Position numbers and translations under genes: made by a program. Below, piece after piece: positions 22,045 to 27,498 of a stretch of DNA of 27,498 bases; position 1 is the first letter of the stretch; every line of letters starts with the position of its first letter. Origin of the DNA: Solirubrobacterales bacterium (GTDB lineage Bacteria > Actinomycetota > Thermoleophilia > Solirubrobacterales > 70-9); assembly GCA_036279555.1 (NCBI GenBank), contig DASUIY010000059.1, forward strand, positions 1 to 27,498, given 5' to 3'. The notes under the pieces are model-generated. The model was not told where the DNA came from and ran no database searches. It was given only the letters and a program-made list of their open reading frames with translations.

Positions 22045-22530
22045 GTGGGGAAGAAGAGCTTCGGCCTGTTGGGTGCGGTTGTCCTGGCGATGGCGATGCT
22101 GGCGCTGCCGGCACAGGCGGACGACGCGGAACGCCAGGCCTACAAAGAAGCCGTCGAGCCGATCTGCAAGGCCAACACGCAGGCCAACGAACGGATCCTC
22201 AAGGGGGTCCGCGGCAAGGTCAGAGCCGGCAAGCTGAAGGCGGCGGCGGGCCAGTTCTCGCGTGCCGCCACCGCCCTGCGCAAGACGCACAAAGAACTGA
22301 AGGCCGTTCCCCAGCCCCCGGCGGACGAGACCAAGCTAGCCAAGTGGCTGAAGTACGTCGAAATCGAGGCGAGCCTCTTCCAGAGGACCGCCAAGAAGCT
22401 CAACGCCGGGGACAAGAACGGGGCGCTGGCGATGGTGATCAAGCTCGAACACAACGCCAACCTCGCCAACAACCAGGTGCTCGGCTTCGAATTCCGCTAC
22501 TGCCGCTTCGAACCGTCCAAGTTCACCTAG
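22045..22530 (+). CDS. Secreted helical hypothetical protein
   Basis: GAGGGA RBS, GTG start, signal peptide KKSFGLLGAVVLAMAMLALPAQA, two Cys, amphipathic helices. Confidence 0.75.
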   Translation: MGKKSFGLLGAVVLAMAMLALPAQADDAERQAYKEAVEPICKANTQANERILKGVRGKVRAGKLKAAAGQFSRAATALRKTHKELKAVPQPPADETKLAKWLKYVEIEASLFQRTAKKLNAGDKNGALAMVIKLEHNANLANNQVLGFEFRYCRFEPSKFT

Positions 22531-22552
22531 GCCGGGTCCGGTCCAGCCGCTC

Positions 22553-22596
22553 GATTGAACGATTGACCCACGTATAGGGGGGTCAATCGTTCAATC
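22553..22596. repeat. Palindromic element, family 2, copy A (contains the stop codon of the AbiEi/DUF559 gene)
   Basis: 17-bp perfect arms GATTGAACGATTGACCC (22553-22569)/GGGTCAATCGTTCAATC (22580-22596), centre ACGTATAGGG. Confidence 0.9.
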
Positions 22597-23529
22597 TCCT
22601 CGCTTGCGCGCAAGGGCTGCCGTTTGCCTCAACCTGGCGCGGGCGTAACCAGGTTCGAAGCGGATCTGCGCGTGCGAGAAGCGCAGGGGAAGCAGGCCGG
22701 AAGCCACGTGGGCCTGGTCCCTCAGGAGTCCCCGCGTCTGCTGCGAAGGGGTGCGGTGATAGCGCAGCCCGTCAGTCTCGACGACGATGCCGAGCTCCGG
22801 CCAGTTGAAGTCGACTTCGAAGCCGTTGACCCGGGCTTTCGTCTCCGGCTCCGGAAGACCGGCCGCCCGGGCCAGCGGCCGGAAGCGCAGCTCCAGGTCG
22901 GAGTCGCTCAAACGGAAGGTGCGTCGATCGAGGATCGCTCGCAGCAGCGCGACTCCCGGCTGCCCGCCGTGACGCTCGAGTGCCGCGCGCAGCGTCTCGG
23001 GATCGACCCGGTCGAGCTTGTCGGCCTCGTTGACCGCGCGCTCCAGCTGCATCGGTCGCAGTCGGGTCGCCTCGTCGATCAGCGTGCGGGCCGGGCCGGT
23101 TACCGGAACGCCTTCGTGCGCGGTCAGCTCCTCCGGCAGCAGGGCAGTGCGCCGGTGCACGCGAATCCCGGCGTGGCGGCGGCGGATCGCGGCAGGCACC
23201 GAGACTTCGATCAACCCCTGCGACTCCGCGCCGAAACCCCACAGGGCCGCGGCGCTGTCGTGGCTCAGCACCGCCTCTGGGCCACAGGCCAGCGCTGCCG
23301 CCATCCACCGCCCCAGCCTGCTCAGCTGCGGCCTGCCGACCGCGTATACCCCTCGCCAGACCGGGTGCAGCCGTCCGGTGGCGATCCGCCTCTCGATTTG
23401 GCGCGCCCCGAGCCCCATCTCCAGTAGCTGCCTTCGCGCCACCACACCGTGCTGGCGGTTCACCAGGGCCCATATCTCTGCGTCCCGACCCCGGCGATTA
23501 TCCGGCGACCGGTCGATTGACCCACCCAT
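22591..23529 (-). CDS. AbiEi-antitoxin-like N-terminal domain plus DUF559/Vsr-like PD-(D/E)xK endonuclease domain protein
   Basis: N-terminal QHGVVARRQLL...GRLHPVWRGVYAVG and VLSHDSAAALWG. C-terminal SDLELRF...VDFNWPELGIVVETDGLRYH...RD...GLLPLRF. Exact start uncertain. Confidence 0.85.
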   Translation of the reverse strand: MGGSIDRSPDNRRGRDAEIWALVNRQHGVVARRQLLEMGLGARQIERRIATGRLHPVWRGVYAVGRPQLSRLGRWMAAALACGPEAVLSHDSAAALWGFGAESQGLIEVSVPAAIRRRHAGIRVHRRTALLPEELTAHEGVPVTGPARTLIDEATRLRPMQLERAVNEADKLDRVDPETLRAALERHGGQPGVALLRAILDRRTFRLSDSDLELRFRPLARAAGLPEPETKARVNGFEVDFNWPELGIVVETDGLRYHRTPSQQTRGLLRDQAHVASGLLPLRFSHAQIRFEPGYARARLRQTAALARKRGD

Positions 23530-23550
23530 ACGGTGGTAAAGGGTTCAGCG
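23507..23550. repeat. Palindromic element, family 2, copy B (degenerate; contains the predicted ATG of the AbiEi/DUF559 gene)
   Basis: Ungapped match to copy A at 30 of 44 nt, including an identical CGATTGACCCAC. Residual stem CCACC/GGTGG around CATAC. Confidence 0.7.
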
Positions 23551-23592
23551 GGTCGTTCTCTGCCCCCGACGGCAGGGGCGGGCCGCTGCGAG

Positions 23593-23598
23593 TACCAT
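23593..23598 (+). promoter_or_regulatory. Putative -10 element (TACCAT) of tRNA-Thr
   Basis: TAnnnT hexamer 10 nt upstream of the tRNA. Confidence 0.35.
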
Positions 23599-23608
23599 CG
23601 GCTCTCCC

Positions 23609-23681
23609 GCCCAGGTAGCTCAGTTGGTAGAGCACATCCATGGTAAGGATGGGGTCACGAGTTCGAGTCTCGTCCTGGGCT
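23609..23681 (+). tRNA. tRNA-Thr(GGT)
   Basis: Acceptor GCCCAGG/CCTGGGC, D-arm GCTC/GAGC, anticodon arm CATCC-ATGGTAA-GGATG, T-loop TTCGAGT, U73. Confidence 0.95.
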
Positions 23682-23782
23682 TCTCGCGGGCACCGCGACG
23701 CCGCGCTAGACGCGCGTGTTTCGTTGCACTTTTCTTGCAGCCCCTTAACCTCGCGCAACGTGTTGTCCGCTACGGTGGCAAC

Positions 23783-24136
23783 ATGGAGGCGATGAGGGAA
23801 AGCTGGAGCGACGATCGGCTCGACCATCTCAACCAGCGGGTCGAGGAAGGCTTCGCGCGAGTAGACCGGCGTTTCGAGCAGGTCGACCGGCGTTTCGAGC
23901 AGATCGACCGGCGGTTTGAACAGGTCGACGAACGCTTCGACCAAGTCAATCGCCAGTTCGACGAAGTCACCAGGCGCCTCGACGAGATGAACAAGCACTT
24001 CGAGCGTATGGAAGACCGTTATGACCAGGCCAGCGAGCGCATCTTCGGCACCCAGCGGATCATGATCGCGGTCGGCGGCGGGATGATCGCCACCCTCGCC
24101 GCGTCCCTGGTAACCGTGCTCGGCTCCCACGTCTAA
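23783..24136 (+). CDS. Heptad-repeat coiled-coil protein with C-terminal membrane anchor
   Basis: MEAMRESWSDDRLD...; (V/I)DRRFEQ-type heptads; hydrophobic C-terminus. Start trimmed out of the tRNA-Thr gene. Confidence 0.75.
   Translation: MEAMRESWSDDRLDHLNQRVEEGFARVDRRFEQVDRRFEQIDRRFEQVDERFDQVNRQFDEVTRRLDEMNKHFERMEDRYDQASERIFGTQRIMIAVGGGMIATLAASLVTVLGSHV
23861..23986 (+). repeat. Six degenerate 21-bp tandem coding repeats
   Basis: GTAGACCGGCGTTTCGAGCAG, GTCGACCGGCGTTTCGAGCAG, ATCGACCGGCGGTTTGAACAG, and so on, with increasing divergence. Confidence 0.85.
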
Positions 24137-24187
24137 TCGCCCTCTGAGCAGGCGGTTTGCCGTCGTTGACCGGTAGGCTGCCGCTTC

Positions 24188-25330
24188 GTGGACTTCGCTC
24201 TGACCGATGAGCAGGAGGACTTCGTCGATGCGATCCGGCGCTACTGCGACCACGAGTGCGGCACGCCGGACCAGCGCGAGCGTCTGACCGACGGTTACCG
24301 CGAGCACCACAACGAGACGATCTACAGGGAGATGGCCGAGCTCGGCTGGACCGGGATCACGATCCCGGAGGAGTACGGCGGCTCCGGCGGGACGATGCTC
24401 GACGCCTGCATCTTCATGGAGGAGACCTCGCGCGCGCTGGCGCCGATCGGCGGCTACGCGACGACGCTGATCGTCGCCGGCGCCGCCAACCGCTTCGGCA
24501 CCGAGGAGCAGAAGCAGGAGATCCTCGGCGGCATCGCCGAGGGCGCGGTCGAGGCGATCGCGATGACCGAGCCCGAGGCCGGCTCCGACGTCGGCGCCCT
24601 CTCCACCTCAGCCGAGGCGGTCGACGGCGGCTACGTCATCAACGGGCAGAAGGTCTTCTGCTCCAACGCCCACATCGCCGAGCACGTCCTCGTCGTCTGC
24701 CGCACCACCCGCTCCGCCTCCAAGCACGACGGCATGACGATGATCTGGGTGCCCCGCGACGCCGAAGGGCTCGAGGTGGTCCCGATCGACACGATGGGCG
24801 GCCGCGACACCAACCACCTGTACTTCACCGACGTCGAGGCGCCCGCCGACGCGGTCCTCGGCCAGGTCGACCAGGCCTGGGCCCAGCTGATGGCCGGCCT
24901 CAACGTCGAGCGGCTGATCCTCTCCGCCACCCAGCTCGGCATCGCCCAGCGCGTCTTCGACGACGTCATCGTCTACGTCAAGGAAAGGGAGCAGTTCGGC
25001 AAGCCGATCGGCTCCTTCCAGGCGCTTCAGCACCGCATCGCCGACATGGCGACCGACATCGAGGCGGCCCGCCTGATGACCCGCTGGGTCGCCACCCTCG
25101 TCGACGAGGGCCCGGACAAGATGCTGCCCCGCGAGGCCTCGATGGTGAAGCTCTTCGTCACCGAGGCCGCCAGGCGCGCGGCTCTCAGCGGCATGCAGAT
25201 GATGGGCGGCTACGGCTACGCCTCCGAGTACGACATGGAGCGCCTCGTCCGCAGCACCCTGGTCTCGACCATCTACGGCGGCACCTCCGAGATCCAGCGC
25301 AACATCATCGCCAAGACGTTCGGGCTCTGA
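24188..25330 (+). CDS. Acyl-CoA dehydrogenase
   Basis: IPEEYGGSG, AMTEPEAGSD, INGQKVF, REQFGKPIGSFQALQH, GGYGY and IYGGTSEIQRNIIA motifs. Confidence 0.95.
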   Translation: MDFALTDEQEDFVDAIRRYCDHECGTPDQRERLTDGYREHHNETIYREMAELGWTGITIPEEYGGSGGTMLDACIFMEETSRALAPIGGYATTLIVAGAANRFGTEEQKQEILGGIAEGAVEAIAMTEPEAGSDVGALSTSAEAVDGGYVINGQKVFCSNAHIAEHVLVVCRTTRSASKHDGMTMIWVPRDAEGLEVVPIDTMGGRDTNHLYFTDVEAPADAVLGQVDQAWAQLMAGLNVERLILSATQLGIAQRVFDDVIVYVKEREQFGKPIGSFQALQHRIADMATDIEAARLMTRWVATLVDEGPDKMLPREASMVKLFVTEAARRAALSGMQMMGGYGYASEYDMERLVRSTLVSTIYGGTSEIQRNIIAKTFGL

Positions 25331-25362
25331 CCTCGGCATAATTCCGGGGGCAGGAAGCGAGA

Positions 25363-25458
25363 GCGCCCGTAGCTCAGTGGTCAACGGGGTTTTAACGAGC
25401 CCCAAAGAGCGCCGGTCTTTCAAGCCGGAGGTCGAGAGTTCGATTCTCTCCGGGCGCA
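25363..25458 (+). tRNA. Atypical tRNA, anticodon TTC (nominally Glu), with a hairpin inserted in the D-loop
   Basis: Acceptor GCGCCCG/CGGGCGC, D-stem GCTC/GAGC, anticodon arm CCGGT-CTTTCAA-GCCGG, variable AGGTC, T-arm GAGAG-TTCGATT-CTCTC, A73. There are 25 nt between G19 and A21. Confidence 0.8.
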
Positions 25459-25645
25459 TCCCGATGCACGCCGGTCTGTGCAGCTTTGTGCTGCAAAGCG
25501 GCACTGTCAGGGACTTTCCCGCTCAGAATGGTTCCGCCGGGCGCAGGCCTCTGCCGGGGCTTGCCGTCGGCTGAGTGCTACATCGCTGCTACGTTTTTCG
25601 GCCTCGCGGGGGTGGCGGCGGAGGCCTCTCGCACGTGTATGTGGC

Positions 25646-25852
25646 ATGAGGCCGACCGATGCAGGCCACCGCGCCTGGTTCACGCCAGAGAGCCTGGCGA
25701 GCCACCTGCAGGTCTCAGAGCGCATGGTGCGCAAGTGGGTCGCGCAGGGGCGCCTTCGCTCTTACAAGCTCGACGGCTGCCGTCGCTTCGACCCCGCCGA
25801 TGTCGACGCCTTCGTCGCCCAGTTCCGCGACGAGCGGGGGAGGGGACGGTGA
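25646..25852 (+). CDS. Excisionase-like helix-turn-helix DNA-binding protein
   Basis: 68 aa, FTPESLASHLQVSERMVRKWVAQGRLRSYKLDGCRRFDPADVDAF, typical of the HTH_17/Xis family. GTGA overlap with the integrase. Confidence 0.82.
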   Translation: MRPTDAGHRAWFTPESLASHLQVSERMVRKWVAQGRLRSYKLDGCRRFDPADVDAFVAQFRDERGRGR

Positions 25853-27050
25853 GTCGCACAGCCGCCGCCGGCAGACCGCCGCGCCAGACTCCCTACAGGC
25901 GCGTCTACACGAACGGCAGGGTGGTTTGGATCGCGCGCTACCGGGACTTCGACGGCAAGATGCGCTACGCCAAGCCGCGCTGGAACGGCGGCAAGTCCTC
26001 CTTCGCCCTCAAGGGCGATGCTCAGCGGGCGATCGACGAGGCGCTCAACCGCCTCCACGGCGGCGTTGCGATGCCCGAGAGGATCGGCGGGTACTTCGAG
26101 CGCTGGCTACAGCACCACCCGCGCTCCGAGCGCACTGACAAGACGAACTCCGACCGTGTCTCCTACGTGCTCGACGTCGAGATCGACGGGCGGGCGCTCC
26201 GGGACTGGGAGTTCGACGAGCTCCGTCGTCGACAGGTCCTCGCCCTGCTCGATCACATGCTCCGGGTCGAAGGCCGTGCCGCGGAAGGCGCCCGCGGCAT
26301 CCTCAGCGTGCTTTCCGCGATGGCCGAGGACGCGATCGGCGACGAGGCGGCGACCCAGAACGCCTTCATCGGGATTCGCCTGCGCCGCAACGACCCACGG
26401 AGCAGGAAGCCGCCGAGGAAGATCCGGATCTGGAGCTTCGAGCAGATGCGGGTGTTTGCGGCTGGAGGGAGGCCCGAGATGCGCGCCGCGACCCCGCGCC
26501 CGCCCGATCCCCGCACCAAGGGCCGCTACAAGTCGAAAGCGCGCTTCTACCCGCCCCACGACTACGAGGCTCTGCTCCTGACTCCAGGCTTCACCGGCCT
26601 GCGCCTGGGCGAGTTCCTCGCCCTGGAAAGGCCCGGATACGACGGCCACTCCTTCCGCTTCGAGTTCTCCGCCCACGAAGGCAAGCTGGTCGGCTCAAGC
26701 GACCAGAAGAACCACGAGCGCACCGTCCCGGTGCCGCCGACCCTGGCCGAGCTGATCGACCGCCGCCCGCCACGCATCGACACCCCGATCTCCTCTTCCC
26801 GACGCCACGCGGCAAGCTCTGGCGCGAGCGCAACTTCTACCGCGAGGTCTGGGTCCCGGCCCAACTCGCGACCGGCCTCGACCCCACCCCGCACGAGTTC
26901 CGCCACTCCTACGTCACGCACCTCGTCGCCGCCGGCGTCGACCGAGCCGACCTCGCCAAGGTCGCCGGCCACACTGTCGAGACGATGATCTCCGTCTACA
27001 CCCACGCCCTCGACCGCAGCCATGATCAGATCAGGGAGATCATCGGGTAG
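25849..27050 (+). pseudogene. Tyrosine recombinase/integrase with a frameshift at about 26788-26790
   Basis: Frame 1 gives the N-terminal and core domains and TGLRLGE. After ...IDTP the C-terminus continues in another frame: LLFPTPRGKLW...HEFRHSY...AGHT..MISVYTH...* (stop 27048-27050). Confidence 0.82.
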
Positions 27051-27110
27051 CGCCAGGGGGACTCTAACTTTGGTTATGGCGGCGCCATCCTCGTTTCGAT
27101 CTCCGCTCGC

Positions 27111-27498
27111 CTAGGCTGGCAGACTCTCGCCCAGCCCCAGCTGCTCCGACTCGCGTTTCACCTGCCGCTCCCGGTCTCGCGCCCACTCCTCGGTTGCCAC
27201 GCTGCAATCATCCGCATCGCGACTGAAGCGGACACGCACAACCGATTTCGGCCAGCCGTCGACGCTCGCCAGTTCCTCACCCAACATCGCCGCCACTTGC
27301 TCATTGTGGGTGGCGATTACCACCTGCTCTGGCCGCAGCAGCCGCGTGAACGCGCGCAGCGTGCTGGCGAAGCCGGCAGTGTTGGCGTTGTCGAAGCCCG
27401 CCGTCGGATCGTCCATTACCAGCACCTTCCGGCGCTCGGGCGGCTGCAGCATGTGCAGCGCGCAGAACCAGGACAACCCCAGCACCGTGCGCTCTGCC
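27111..27498 (-). CDS. Rad50/SbcC-like ABC ATPase, C-terminal fragment (5' part outside window)
   Basis: AERTVLGLSWF post-signature helix, Walker B/D-loop VLVMDDPTAGFD, H-loop IATHN. Confidence 0.72.
   Translation of the reverse strand, partial: AERTVLGLSWFCALHMLQPPERRKVLVMDDPTAGFDNANTAGFASTLRAFTRLLRPEQVVIATHNEQVAAMLGEELASVDGWPKSVVRVRFSRDADDCSVATEEWARDRERQVKRESEQLGLGESLPA

Larger units (their letters stand above)
25459..27498. mobile_element. Left end of a tRNA-targeted integrative element (continues beyond window)
   Basis: xis-like gene plus tyrosine integrase immediately 3' of a tRNA, followed by a cargo ATPase. No right att seen in the window. Confidence 0.7.

Noticed and set aside
22591-23529. 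Complete type IV AbiE toxin-antitoxin system
   Set aside because: No adjacent AbiEii nucleotidyltransferase toxin gene is present.
23861-23986. Tandem repeats as a CRISPR array
   Set aside because: The 21-bp units are contiguous, have no spacers, are in frame and encode heptads. No cas genes are present.
25486-26988. 500-aa ORF as an intact integrase
   Set aside because: The N-terminal extension overlaps xis, and the C-terminal 66 aa are out of frame. The real integrase runs from GTG 25849 to 27050 with a frameshift.

Overview
High-GC actinobacterial DNA. The style and gene set are consistent with Thermoleophilia/Solirubrobacterales, but that is an inference. The left part is largely housekeeping: tal (3' end)-pgi-cydA-cydB-HAD hydrolase, a divergent cfa-like methyltransferase/acyl desaturase pair, an 801-aa membrane protein, an MBL hydrolase, Usp, an S8 peptidase and tadA. 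The right part has four dispersed tRNA genes (Ser-GGA, Ser-CGA, Thr-GGT, and a 96-nt TTC-anticodon tRNA with a hairpin inserted in its D-loop) interleaved with accessory genes. These are a 3.3-kb tRNA-Ser islet bounded by a decayed att-like repeat (CHAP/SH3-like/Ig-like protein plus a membrane partner), an arylsulfotransferase, chrA, a stand-alone BcsA-like GT2-PilZ protein, an AbiEi-like/DUF559 nuclease gene, a heptad-repeat protein, an acyl-CoA dehydrogenase, and the left end of an integrative element (xis, frameshifted tyrosine integrase, Rad50/SbcC-like ATPase). The main unexplained signal is a set of five 44-53 bp palindromic elements built on CGATT-N8-TAT(A)-N8-AATCG. Two bracket the AbiEi/DUF559 nuclease gene at its start and stop codons, two sit in frame inside the membrane-protein gene with compensatory base changes, and one is intergenic. 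There are also two related MITE-like elements with TTA|GGGCC left ends, each supplying a host stop codon.
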